A stretch of DNA of 64,000 bases from Stellaceae bacterium (GCA_035504075.1 DATJSO010000022.1:697-64696), one strand, 5' to 3'; counted from the first letter of the stretch, positions 47,808 through 58,946 are shown. A program made the numbers and translations. The notes: generated by a model not told the origin, from the sequence alone.

Positions 47808-50156
47808 GTGCTTACCAAGGCTTTGCTGATGGCGGCGGCGATCGCTTGCCTGGCGGGCGCCGCCGAGGCGCAGACGGCGAGCAGCATGGCGGGCACGCAG
47901 ACGCCCGAGGCTGATACGCTGCAGCTGACGCTGCCGACGGTCGAGGTCATCGCCGCGACGCCGCTCCTCGGATCGGGGGTCGACCGCGCCAAGGTGCCGG
48001 CCGAGACGACCGTCCTGACCAGCGGCGACATCACCGCCAACGGCATCCCGGATGCGCTGCAAGCGCTGAACGAGCTGGCGCCGGGGGTCACGCTCAACGA
48101 CACCGCCAGCAACCCCTACCAACCGACGCTGGTGTATCACGGGTTTGAGGCAACGCCGCTGCAAGGCAATGCACAGGGGATCGCGGTCTACGTCAACGGT
48201 GCGCGGTTCAACCAACCGTTCGGCGATACGGTCAATTGGGACCTGATCCCCGACATCGCGATCAACCGCATGAACCTCGAAGGCTCTAACCCGGTGTTCG
48301 GCCTCAATGCGCTGGGCGGCTCGCTCGCCGTCGAGATGAAAAACGGCTTCACCTATCAGGGTGGCGAAGTCGACGCGTTCGGCGGCTCGTTCGACAAATA
48401 CGGCGGCGAGATGCAGTACGGCGTACAGAGCGGCAATGTCGCATCCTACGTCGCCGGGCGCTGGGTCAACGAGGGCGGCTGGCGCGATCCGCAATCATCG
48501 GATCTGGCGAATTTCTTCGGCGATCTCGGCTGGCGCGGCAATGGCGGCGAACTGCATGTCGACCTGACCGCCGCCGACACCCGGCTGAACGGGCCAGGCA
48601 CCTCGCCGATCCAGCAGATCGAGGCCGATCCGGCCGCGACATTCACCGGGCCGGCGCTGCTGACAAACAAATACGTTCGCCTCAACGTGACCGGCAACTA
48701 CGAGATCAACGACGCGACCTCGCTGCAAAGCGATGTCTATTACGACAATCTGATGCAGAAATACGCCAACGGCGCGGTCGCCGATTTCGCGCCGTGCGAT
48801 GACGGGTCGGGCCTCTTGTGCGAGGCCCCCGGCACTCCGTTGACCGATCGCAACGGCAACCCGATCCCCGATTATCTGAACGGCGGGCCGTATTCGGAGC
48901 TTAGCCTGCAATCGACCAACACCAACGGCTATGGCGCCTCGCTGCAGGCGACCAACCGCACGCCGCTGTGGGGTCACGGCAATCATTTCGTCGCCGGCCT
49001 CAGTTTCGATGGTGCCCAAACCCTTTACGCGGCAAGCGCCGAGGTCGGCGGGCTCGATGTCGCGACATCGGAATGGTTCGGCCCGGGCATCACGATCGAC
49101 CAGGCGGACGGCTCGATCGCACCGGCGCGGGTGGCGATCTCGAACGACTATTACGGCGCGTTTTTTACCGACATTTTCGACATCACGTCGGCGCTGTCGG
49201 CCAACGTCGCCGGCCGTTTCAACCTGGCGCAGATCAACCTTGCCGATCAGCTCGGCACCGCGCTGAGCGGCGACCACACCTACCTGCGGTTCAACCCGTC
49301 GGGCGGTCTCACCTACAAGATCCTCCCCGGTCTCAGCGTCTATGCCAGCTACGCCGAGGCAAACCGGGCGCCGATGCCGGTCGAGCTGACCTGCGCCAGC
49401 CCGACCGCGCCGTGCAGCCTGGCCAATTTCCTTGCCGCCGACCCCAACCTCAACCAGGTCGTCTCTCATACGATCGAGACGGGCGTGCGTTCCGAAGCGC
49501 ATCCGTTCGCCGATGCGACCTTGGCGTCCGACGTTGCGCTCTACCACACGACGCTCAGCAACGATATCGAGGCGGTCGGCAGTTCGCTGCCCGGCTTGCA
49601 ATATTACGAGAATGTCGGCAGCACGCTGCGCCAGGGCGTTGATCTAAATCTCAAGTTGACCTGGCGCCGGCTCACCGCTTTTGTCGCTTATTCGTATATC
49701 GACGCCGAGTTCCAAACTGCCTTCACCGAACAGAGCCCGAGCAATCCGGCGGCCGACGCCGACGGCAACATCTTCATCAAGCCGGGAGACCGCATCCCCG
49801 GCATTCCGGAGAACGTGCTGAAATTCGGCGCCGATTACAGGCTGACTGACCGCTGGACGCTCGGCGGCAACGCGCTCGCCGCCTCCGGACAATATCTGGT
49901 CGGCGACGAATCGAACCAGAATCCCAAAACGCCGCCCTATTTCGTCCTCAATCTGCATGCTAGCTACCAAGTCACCAAAAACGTCCAGCTGTTCGGCGAA
50001 ATCGATAATGCGTTCAACGCGGAGTATTACACCTATGGGACGTTCGGCCCGACCTCCTCGGTGCCGATTGCGCAAGCGCCGGGCGCCACCAACCCGCGCG
50101 AATACAGTCCCGCCGCGCCGATCGGCGCCTTTGCCGGTGTCCGCGCGACGTTTTGA
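47808..50156 (+). CDS. TonB-dependent outer-membrane receptor
   Basis: Signal peptide ...CLAGAAEA/QT, plug domain (TTVLTSGDI...), a long beta-barrel and a terminal aromatic residue (RATF). GTG start follows AAAGGTGGAGG. Confidence 0.9.
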   Translation: MLTKALLMAAAIACLAGAAEAQTASSMAGTQTPEADTLQLTLPTVEVIAATPLLGSGVDRAKVPAETTVLTSGDITANGIPDALQALNELAPGVTLNDTASNPYQPTLVYHGFEATPLQGNAQGIAVYVNGARFNQPFGDTVNWDLIPDIAINRMNLEGSNPVFGLNALGGSLAVEMKNGFTYQGGEVDAFGGSFDKYGGEMQYGVQSGNVASYVAGRWVNEGGWRDPQSSDLANFFGDLGWRGNGGELHVDLTAADTRLNGPGTSPIQQIEADPAATFTGPALLTNKYVRLNVTGNYEINDATSLQSDVYYDNLMQKYANGAVADFAPCDDGSGLLCEAPGTPLTDRNGNPIPDYLNGGPYSELSLQSTNTNGYGASLQATNRTPLWGHGNHFVAGLSFDGAQTLYAASAEVGGLDVATSEWFGPGITIDQADGSIAPARVAISNDYYGAFFTDIFDITSALSANVAGRFNLAQINLADQLGTALSGDHTYLRFNPSGGLTYKILPGLSVYASYAEANRAPMPVELTCASPTAPCSLANFLAADPNLNQVVSHTIETGVRSEAHPFADATLASDVALYHTTLSNDIEAVGSSLPGLQYYENVGSTLRQGVDLNLKLTWRRLTAFVAYSYIDAEFQTAFTEQSPSNPAADADGNIFIKPGDRIPGIPENVLKFGADYRLTDRWTLGGNALAASGQYLVGDESNQNPKTPPYFVLNLHASYQVTKNVQLFGEIDNAFNAEYYTYGTFGPTSSVPIAQAPGATNPREYSPAAPIGAFAGVRATF

Positions 50157-50244
50157 CCACCACCATTTCCGGGCGCCCGGCGATCCGGGTCAATGCAACC
50201 ATCACGATACGACTTGAAATATCGGATACGACCGAGACTTATCG

Positions 50245-50931
50245 ATGATTGAACCTGCCGCGTCGCTGTCGATCTCGGCGCTGTTTGACCATGCCGACAT
50301 CGTCGTGAAGGGTGTGTTGCTGCTGTTGCTTGCGGCATCGGTATGGAGCTGGACGATCATCATCGCCAAACTGTGGCAGATCGGCGCCGCCAGCCGGCTC
50401 GCCCGCGGCTACGAGGCGCGCGCCGCAGCCGGCTGCACGAGTGAGGAACTGGTGCCGCGCGGCGACCGGGCGCGACAGGACCCGGCGGCGCTGGTGCTGG
50501 CCGCCGGCATTGTTGAGAGTGCGCGTGAGGCGCCCGGCGGCGGGGAGAGCTGGAGCGAGCGGCGCGACCGTATCGAACGAGCAATGCGGTTGGCGCTGAG
50601 CGGCGAATTGCGCCGCCTGGAAGCGCGCGCGCCGTTTCTGGCGACGCTCGGTTCGGCCGCGCCGTTCATCGGCCTGTTCGGCACCGTGTGGGGCATCATG
50701 CACAGCTTCAGCGCGATCGCGCAGGCCAACAGCACCGGACTCCAGGTCGTCGCACCGGGCATCGCCGAAGCGCTGTTCGCGACCGCGATGGGGCTCGCTG
50801 CGGCGATCCCGGCCGTCGTCGCCTACAACAAGATCACGGTCGAGCTCGGCCGCTTCTCCGGCCGCATGCAGGTGCTGATCGGCCGTTCCGGCGTTCTGCT
50901 CAGCCACACCGGCGGCGTCGGCGAACCCTGA
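50245..50931 (+). CDS. exbB: MotA/TolQ/ExbB proton-channel protein
   Basis: LATLGSAAPFIGLFGTVWGIM and GIAEALFATAMGLAAAIPAVVAYN motifs. Confidence 0.85.
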   Translation: MIEPAASLSISALFDHADIVVKGVLLLLLAASVWSWTIIIAKLWQIGAASRLARGYEARAAAGCTSEELVPRGDRARQDPAALVLAAGIVESAREAPGGGESWSERRDRIERAMRLALSGELRRLEARAPFLATLGSAAPFIGLFGTVWGIMHSFSAIAQANSTGLQVVAPGIAEALFATAMGLAAAIPAVVAYNKITVELGRFSGRMQVLIGRSGVLLSHTGGVGEP

Positions 50932-50944
50932 CCGGAGCCGCAAG

Positions 50945-51385
50945 ATGGCTGCTGCTCCGCTGCGTCCGTCCGATCCCGAGCAGGAAGGCGCGTATCGTCC
51001 GCTCGCCGAGATCAACGTCACGCCGATGGTCGATGTGATGCTCGTCCTGCTGGTCATCTTCATGGTCACGGCGCCGCTGCTGAGCGTCGGCGTGCCGGTC
51101 GACCTGCCGAAGACGACGGCGGCAAAGCTGACGGAACCGAAACAGCCGATCATCGTCAGCATCGACCGCCAGGACGCGGTGTTCATCGGCGACAAGGCGG
51201 TCAGCGAGGCTGACCTCGCCGACCGCCTGGCGGCGCTCGCGGCGGCCGATCCCGATCGCATCGTTTATGTCCGCGGCGATCGCACCGTTCCTTACGGCCG
51301 GCTGATGGACCTGCTCGGCGCCGTCAACACCGCCGGCTTCACGAAGGTGTCGTTGATCGCCGAGGAAACGGCAAAGCCGAAGTGA
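50945..51385 (+). CDS. exbD: Biopolymer transport protein ExbD/TolR
   Basis: EINVTPMVDVMLVLLVIFMVTAPL; 146 aa. Confidence 0.88.
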   Translation: MAAAPLRPSDPEQEGAYRPLAEINVTPMVDVMLVLLVIFMVTAPLLSVGVPVDLPKTTAAKLTEPKQPIIVSIDRQDAVFIGDKAVSEADLADRLAALAAADPDRIVYVRGDRTVPYGRLMDLLGAVNTAGFTKVSLIAEETAKPK

Positions 51386-52155
51386 GCGGATTGCGGCTGC
51401 CGCTCGCGGCCTCGATCGCCGGGCACGCGATCGTCCTCTTCCTGCTGATCTGGCTGAGCGCCCGGCTGCCGCCGCTCACGCTGCTGCCGTCGGCGCCCAA
51501 TGCGGTGGCCGTCATCTTCGCGCCGCCGCCGCCTCCGGCCCCGCCCACACCGCAACCGCCGGCACCGCAGCCGGTCGTCGTCAAGCCGCCGCCGCCCCCG
51601 CCCCCGCCCCCGCGTCCGAAGGTCGTTGAAGCACCAAAGCCGCCGCCCGTCATCCGACACATCGAGCAGAAGCCCAAGCCGCGGCCGCTGCCCCGCCGCG
51701 AGGTCCGGCGCCGTATCATCCGGCCGCTGCGTCGCGAGATGCCGCGCCGCCCCGAGGCAGTCGAACGGCCGCTTCGCGCGATTCCGCCGCGCTATGCGCC
51801 GCCGCAGACCGCGGCGCTGCCGCCCGTGCCGGCGCCAATACGCCGGCCGGCGCCAGCGGCGCCGATCGTGAGCGCCGACTATCGCGACGCGCTTGCCGCG
51901 TGGTTCGCCGCGCACAAGCACTATCCGGAAAGCGCGCGTGACCGCGGCGAACAGGGCGAAGGATTGCTGCGCTTCAAGGTCGATCGGTATGGCCGCGTGC
52001 TGACCTATACGCTGGTCAGAAGCACCGGCTACGCCGATCTCGACGCGGCGATCGAAGCGATGATGCGCGGCGCCGAGCTGCCGCCTTTCCCGTCTGGCAT
52101 GGCAGCGGAGGACATCGAGGTCACGATGCCGTTTTCCTTCCACCTCGAGCGCTGA
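51382..52155 (+). CDS. tonB: Energy transducer TonB
   Basis: N-terminal TM anchor, long Pro-rich spacer, and a C-terminal TonB domain (YPESARDRGEQGEGLLRFKVDRYGRV...). The GTG start overlaps the exbD stop. Confidence 0.85.
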   Translation: MSGLRLPLAASIAGHAIVLFLLIWLSARLPPLTLLPSAPNAVAVIFAPPPPPAPPTPQPPAPQPVVVKPPPPPPPPPRPKVVEAPKPPPVIRHIEQKPKPRPLPRREVRRRIIRPLRREMPRRPEAVERPLRAIPPRYAPPQTAALPPVPAPIRRPAPAAPIVSADYRDALAAWFAAHKHYPESARDRGEQGEGLLRFKVDRYGRVLTYTLVRSTGYADLDAAIEAMMRGAELPPFPSGMAAEDIEVTMPFSFHLER

Positions 52156-52243
52156 TCGGCTAACAACATCCGTTACCTTGGGACATGACAATGGCCGATC
52201 CCGACATTCGACGGAACGCCGAACGCGTCGCCGTCTGAGACGC

Positions 52244-53338
52244 GTGGCCGACAACTATTCGCTGCTGCGATCGCTGTTGCGGGCGCTGCCGTCCGAGGCC
52301 GCCCATCGCGTGACGCTGGCGGGTCTGGCAGCCGGACTTGCCGGCCGCGCTGCGGCGCCGGACCCGCCGATCCTGGCACAGCGCCTGTGGAAGCGCGGTT
52401 TTCCAAACCCGATCGGCATCGCGGCCGGGTTCGACAAGGACGCCCGCGCGCCCGATGCGCTGCTGCGGCTCGGCTTCGGGTTTGTCGAGGTTGGCACCGT
52501 GACTCCCTTGCCGCAACCCGGTAATCCCGGGCCGCGGCTCTTTCGTCTGGAGGCGGACGGCGCGCTGATAAACCGGCTTGGCTTCAACAGCGGCGGCCTC
52601 GACCGATTTGTCGCACGACTGCGGGGGCGCAACCGAGGTGCCGGCATCGTCGGCGCCAATCTCGGCCGCAACCGCGACAGCGCCGACCCGGTCGCAGACT
52701 ACGCGGTCGGGGTGCGGCGCGCCGCACCCTACGCCGATTATCTGGTCGTCAACGTGTCGTCGCCGAACACGCCGGGGCTGCGCGATCTGCAGGCGCGCGC
52801 GCCGCTCGAAGAGTTGCTGCGCGGCGTGCTCGCCGCACGCGCGGAGGCGGGCGTCGATCCGCCGCTGCTGATCAAGATCGCGCCCGACCTTTCACCGGCC
52901 GAATGCGCAGATATCGCCGCCGTCGCCCTCGCGGCCGGCATAGACGGCATCATTGTCGCCAACACAACGGTCGCGCGCCCGCCCGATTTGCGCAGCCAGG
53001 CGGCGGGTGAACCCGGCGGCCTCAGCGGGCGGCCGCTGTTCGCGTCATCAACCGCGATCCTTTCCGAGATGTATCGCTTGACCGAAGGCCGCCTGCCGCT
53101 GATCGGGACGGGCGGCGTCGCCGGCGCCGCCGACGCCTACGCCAAGATCCGCGCCGGCGCATCGTTGGTGCAGCTCTACACGGCCCTCGTCTTTGCTGGG
53201 CCGGCACTGCTCGGCGAGATCAAGGCGGGACTTGCCGGGCTGCTGGTGCGCGACGGTTTCCGTTCTGTCGCCGATGCGGTCGGCGCCGATCATGTTAAGC
53301 TCGGGCGCGACGCAACGCCCAGCGACCGGATACGATGA
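52244..53338 (+). CDS. pyrD: Dihydroorotate dehydrogenase (quinone), class 2
   Basis: NPIGIAAGFDKD, GFVEVGTVTP.PQPGN, NVSSPNTPGLR, GGLSGRP. GTG 52244 aligns with the E. coli PyrD N-terminus; TTG 52178 is an alternative. Confidence 0.9.
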   Translation: MADNYSLLRSLLRALPSEAAHRVTLAGLAAGLAGRAAAPDPPILAQRLWKRGFPNPIGIAAGFDKDARAPDALLRLGFGFVEVGTVTPLPQPGNPGPRLFRLEADGALINRLGFNSGGLDRFVARLRGRNRGAGIVGANLGRNRDSADPVADYAVGVRRAAPYADYLVVNVSSPNTPGLRDLQARAPLEELLRGVLAARAEAGVDPPLLIKIAPDLSPAECADIAAVALAAGIDGIIVANTTVARPPDLRSQAAGEPGGLSGRPLFASSTAILSEMYRLTEGRLPLIGTGGVAGAADAYAKIRAGASLVQLYTALVFAGPALLGEIKAGLAGLLVRDGFRSVADAVGADHVKLGRDATPSDRIR

Positions 53339-54201
53339 CCCTTCGCGTCTACGACGGAATGCGCGAACTGGCGCCGCATTTCGACGGCTTCATTCTTGAT
53401 CTGTGGGGCGTCGTGCATGACGGGGTCCGGCCATATCCCGGCGTGCTCGACTGCATGGCGCGGCTGATCGGCGCCGGCAAGCGGCTTGTCCTGCTGTCGA
53501 ATGCGCCGCGTCGCACCGATGACGTGATGCGCCGCATCGCCGGCATCGGCGTGCCGCCGGAGCTTTATCACGCCGTCATGTCGTCGGGCGAAGAAGCCTG
53601 GCAGCGCCTCCACGATCGCGACGAGCCGTTTTACGCCGCGCTCGGACGGCGTTGCCTGCAGATCGGATCGGAGCGCGACCTCGAAATGCGCGACGGTCTC
53701 GCCCTCGATTTTGTCGAGAGCGTTGCGGTGGCGGATTTCATCCTGAATACCGGACCGGCCGAGTGGGACGACACGCTCGACGATTACGCGCCGCTGCTTG
53801 CCGAAGCGCTGGCGCGGGATCTGCCGATGGTGTGCGCGAACCCGGACCTCGTCGTCATGCATGGCGGCGAGATGGCGTTGTGTGCGGGCGCCCTGGCCGA
53901 GCATTACGAGAGCCTCGGCGGCCGGGTGCGTTGGCACGGCAAGCCCTATCCGTCGGTTTACCACAGCTGCTTCAGGCTGCTCGGCATCGCCGACCGGCGC
54001 CGCATCCTGGCGATCGGCGACAGTCTGCGGACCGACATTGCCGGGGCCGCCGCCGTCGGAATTCCGAGCCTCTTGGTTGCCGGCGGCGTCCACGCGGCGG
54101 AGTTCTGCGCCGCCGGCAAGCTCGATCCGCAGCGGGTCGCGGCCGGCCTCGCCACAGCCGGGCTGCAGCCGATCGGCGTCGCGCTCGGCTTTGCATGGTA
54201 G
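53335..54201 (+). CDS. HAD-superfamily subfamily IIA hydrolase
   Basis: FILDLWGVVHDG (DxWG), LLSNAPR, GDSLRTDIAGA. The ATG overlaps the pyrD stop. Confidence 0.8.
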   Translation: MTLRVYDGMRELAPHFDGFILDLWGVVHDGVRPYPGVLDCMARLIGAGKRLVLLSNAPRRTDDVMRRIAGIGVPPELYHAVMSSGEEAWQRLHDRDEPFYAALGRRCLQIGSERDLEMRDGLALDFVESVAVADFILNTGPAEWDDTLDDYAPLLAEALARDLPMVCANPDLVVMHGGEMALCAGALAEHYESLGGRVRWHGKPYPSVYHSCFRLLGIADRRRILAIGDSLRTDIAGAAAVGIPSLLVAGGVHAAEFCAAGKLDPQRVAAGLATAGLQPIGVALGFAW

Positions 54202-54226
54202 GAGACGCGGCGTCTCGTCGCGAAAA

Positions 54227-54240
54227 TTGATCCCGATCAA
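54227..54240 (+). promoter_or_regulatory. Perfect FNR/FixK-type box TTGATCCCGATCAA (TTGAT-N4-ATCAA) upstream of the CBS-BON gene
   Basis: Exact match to the CRP/FNR-family consensus. An ATAAT -10-like element at 54261-54265 lies about 30 nt from the box centre, as in class II FNR promoters. The box centre is about 73 nt before ATG 54307. Confidence 0.6.
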
Positions 54241-54306
54241 GGCCCACTCGACAACCGCCGATAATCTGCGGGCACGCGGCCGCAACAGCCGTATCGGGAG
54301 AACGGA

Positions 54307-56455
<2,149 letters not shown>

Positions 56456-56542
56456 TCCTCCGGTGGTTTGCAGGCTTGCAAACGATGCCTTAACGAGCCG
56501 TTGCTATGCTCTCCGCCTGGACCCTCTCAAAGGGCAGTCGCA

Positions 56543-57079
56543 ATGGCGGGCAGCGGACCGAGCATCCTGGCGGTAGCCGGCGACAGCCGCGAGCGCGCGG
56601 CCATCGCTTCGACGATCAGCGAGGCGGGGTTTGTCGTGGCCGCCGTCGCGGAGCCGTTCGGCGCCTTGGCGGCGTTGGCGGATCGGCAGTTTGCGGCGCT
56701 CGTGTCGGCGCTGCCGTGGGATGACGGCGACGAATTGCTGCGCCGGGCGCGTCGTCAACAGCCCGGGCTGCCAATGGTGCTCGTTCTCGCGCCCGCGGCG
56801 CTGCATGTGGACGAGACGGACAGCATCATGATCGTTAAACGGCCGCTTGACCCGCGTCAATTGCTGGGCTGCGTCTTCGAACTGGTGTTGCGCGACGCGG
56901 GGGCGAGCATCGGGCTGGGTAGCCGCGTCGCCGAATTGGGTATCGCGGCGGCCCAGTTGGCCTGCCTCGATCATCGCCGCACGGCCGCGGCGCGTTCCGG
57001 GCGCGGCTGTCTGGCGCGCCGCCTGACCCGCCAGATCGGGCAGGTGCGCAGCGCCTGCCGCGGCCTCGCCGGCGCTTAG
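56543..57079 (+). CDS. Receiver-like (pseudo-receiver) domain protein lacking the phospho-acceptor Asp, with an uncharacterised C-terminal region
   Basis: REC-like layout: ILAVAGDSRER..., AALVSALPWDDGDELL, PMVLVLAP, IVKRPLDPRQL. See findings. Start chosen at ATG 56543; uncertain. Confidence 0.5.
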   Translation: MAGSGPSILAVAGDSRERAAIASTISEAGFVVAAVAEPFGALAALADRQFAALVSALPWDDGDELLRRARRQQPGLPMVLVLAPAALHVDETDSIMIVKRPLDPRQLLGCVFELVLRDAGASIGLGSRVAELGIAAAQLACLDHRRTAAARSGRGCLARRLTRQIGQVRSACRGLAGA

Positions 57080-57282
57080 CCGAAATCGGGGCCAGCGCGT
57101 TTGCGCTTCAACTCGATCATCGCCAGCACGTTGCCGGCGCCGTGCTTGCGGCACAGCACCGCCAGGCTCTTCGGGTCGAGCGGCTCCGGGGCGTAGTTGA
57201 TCGCGGCGCGCAGCGGCGCCGGCAGATCGTCGAACACCGCCATCAACTCGCGCAGCAGGTCATCGCGATTGTCGCCGTCCAT
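57076..57282 (-). CDS. Hypothetical small protein (68 aa)
   Basis: MDGDNRDDLLRELMAVFDDLPAPLRAAINYAPE...; begins 5 nt after the msrQ-like stop on the same strand. No family recognised. Confidence 0.4.
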   Translation of the reverse strand: MDGDNRDDLLRELMAVFDDLPAPLRAAINYAPEPLDPKSLAVLCRKHGAGNVLAMIELKRKRAGPDFG

Positions 57283-57286
57283 CGCG

Positions 57287-58144
57287 TCACGCAAAGCGCG
57301 GGCGGCGCCCGACAGGTGATGACCGCCAGCCGCGCAGAACACCCGCGACGGCGATCGCAGCGCCGATCGCAAGGACGATAACGGCCGGCCGCACACCGGT
57401 CATCAGCGACCAGTTGAGGGCGATGACGCGCCACAAGCCGACATGATAGGCGACATGGAAATAGACGGCTTCGCCGATTGCGGTGGCGATGGTCGCACCC
57501 GCCGCAAGAACACCGATCCAGACGAGCGGCAGGCGCCCCCGGACGGCAAACCGCGCCGCCAGCAGGCGGTAGCCCATCAGCCAAAGATAGAGGCCGGCCA
57601 TGATTGTCGGCTCCCATACCTGAAGTTTCGATTGCAGCCAGAAATGCACGACCGCGAGCAGCGCGATCAGGTAGACCAGCCGATGCAGGTTGCGCCAGCG
57701 CCGCGCGCCCATCCGGCGGATCATCGCATCCGTCGAGGTCGCCGCCAGCGCCGCCAAGCCGAGCAGCGCGACAAAGCCGATCGTCAAGTAGATGCGCAGC
57801 ACGATCTCGGTGGCGACCTCGGCGAGATCGAAGGCCTCGTCGGCGGTGTAAAGTGTAAGGTGAAACAGTCCGTAACCGAACGCCGCCACCCCGATCATGC
57901 GCCGCACCAGGATCAGCCGCGGCCATTGCAGCACCTGCCGCAGCGGCGTCACCGCCAGTGCCAGGAAGATGAGCCGGATCGTCCATATCCCGATCTGATG
58001 GATGGCCTCGGTCACCGGCCGCGCCCCGAGCCAGCCCTGCTGAAACGCAACCATCACGTAGAGCGCCGGCAGGAACAGCGCGATGAACACCGCCAGCTTT
58101 AAGGGCGACAGGCTGCCGCTGTAGTCGTTCCACGGGTATTTCAT
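57287..58144 (-). CDS. MsrQ/YedZ-like ferric-reductase-type dihaem membrane protein with extra C-terminal TM helices
   Basis: Collinear with E. coli YedZ, including the His contexts FHLTLY, LHRLVY and VHFWL. 285 aa versus about 210 for YedZ. Confidence 0.8.
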   Translation of the reverse strand: MKYPWNDYSGSLSPLKLAVFIALFLPALYVMVAFQQGWLGARPVTEAIHQIGIWTIRLIFLALAVTPLRQVLQWPRLILVRRMIGVAAFGYGLFHLTLYTADEAFDLAEVATEIVLRIYLTIGFVALLGLAALAATSTDAMIRRMGARRWRNLHRLVYLIALLAVVHFWLQSKLQVWEPTIMAGLYLWLMGYRLLAARFAVRGRLPLVWIGVLAAGATIATAIGEAVYFHVAYHVGLWRVIALNWSLMTGVRPAVIVLAIGAAIAVAGVLRGWRSSPVGRRPRFA

Positions 58145-58213
58145 CGTGCCGCCGCCCGTCCCGAGTGCACCACCCCCAGGAATGACATCGATCTGAGGGA
58201 CGTGATCACCGTC

Positions 58214-58816
58214 TTACATCGGCGGCTTGACGCCGTTTTTCTCGACATACATGAAAACGGCGGTCAGCGCCCCGTCGGCGCTCCTTGCCGCGCCGACAAA
58301 CACCGCCTTGCCCGGCTTCAGCAAGCGCCTGTCGCCGGGCGCGGGCGCCAGGATCGGGACGTTCGGACCGATGCTGTATTCGGATTCGCCGCCCTTGAAC
58401 TTGACATGCACGACATCGCCCTCGGGCGATTTGTTGACGGTGCCGACCATCGCGTTCGTCATGACGCTGTTCGAGCCGAGGTCCCACGGAAATTGCCGGC
58501 CGCCATCTGGCGTCGGTCGCGGAAAGATCCGCACCTCGATCGCATGAATCCTGCCGTCCGTCCCCTTGATGCCGGTCGAGGCCAGGAAGTCGCCGGGCTT
58601 GATGTCGGAAAGGCGCTTTCTGACGAGGGTTTGTATTCGCGTTTTTGGCGTCAGCGCGACGTTCGCGTCCGTGCCCGCTTGGGTCCGGATCGTCAGCGTG
58701 TCGCCGGCAAGCTTTTCGACCGTGCCGCGCAGACGCTGCAGCGGCGGTGGGTTCTGCGCCAGCACCGGCGCGGCGATCAGAACGAGCAGAGCGGCGACGG
58801 CCAATCTCTTCAGCAT
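58214..58816 (-). CDS. Secreted hypothetical protein (about 200 aa, Sec signal peptide, beta-rich)
   Basis: MLKRLAVAALLVLIAAPVLAQN signal, then repeated beta-strand segments (RLRGTVEKLAGDTLTIRT...). No catalytic motif recognised. Confidence 0.6.
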   Translation of the reverse strand: MLKRLAVAALLVLIAAPVLAQNPPPLQRLRGTVEKLAGDTLTIRTQAGTDANVALTPKTRIQTLVRKRLSDIKPGDFLASTGIKGTDGRIHAIEVRIFPRPTPDGGRQFPWDLGSNSVMTNAMVGTVNKSPEGDVVHVKFKGGESEYSIGPNVPILAPAPGDRRLLKPGKAVFVGAARSADGALTAVFMYVEKNGVKPPM

Positions 58817-58946
58817 TTCGCCCTCCCCTGTCTTCCGGTCGGCAACAGGTGGGGGCGCCGCAGCGGTTTTCCAATCGCATCGCGGTTGATCGGTGCTGCC
58901 GCGCGGCCCCATATTGCCGGCCTCGGATAGCATGCGGGAGAGCGGC

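Noticed and set aside
49350-49455. Haem-receptor assignment of the TonB-dependent receptor, based on FRAP/NPNL-like boxes (ANRAP ... DPNL) and on the resemblance of a receptor-exbB-exbD-tonB order to my recollection of rhizobial haem-uptake loci.
   Set aside because: The conserved His between the boxes is absent; a Cys pair (CASPTAPC) is there instead. RAP/NPxL-like strands occur in many receptor classes, and no hmuTUV genes are present. The substrate is left open.
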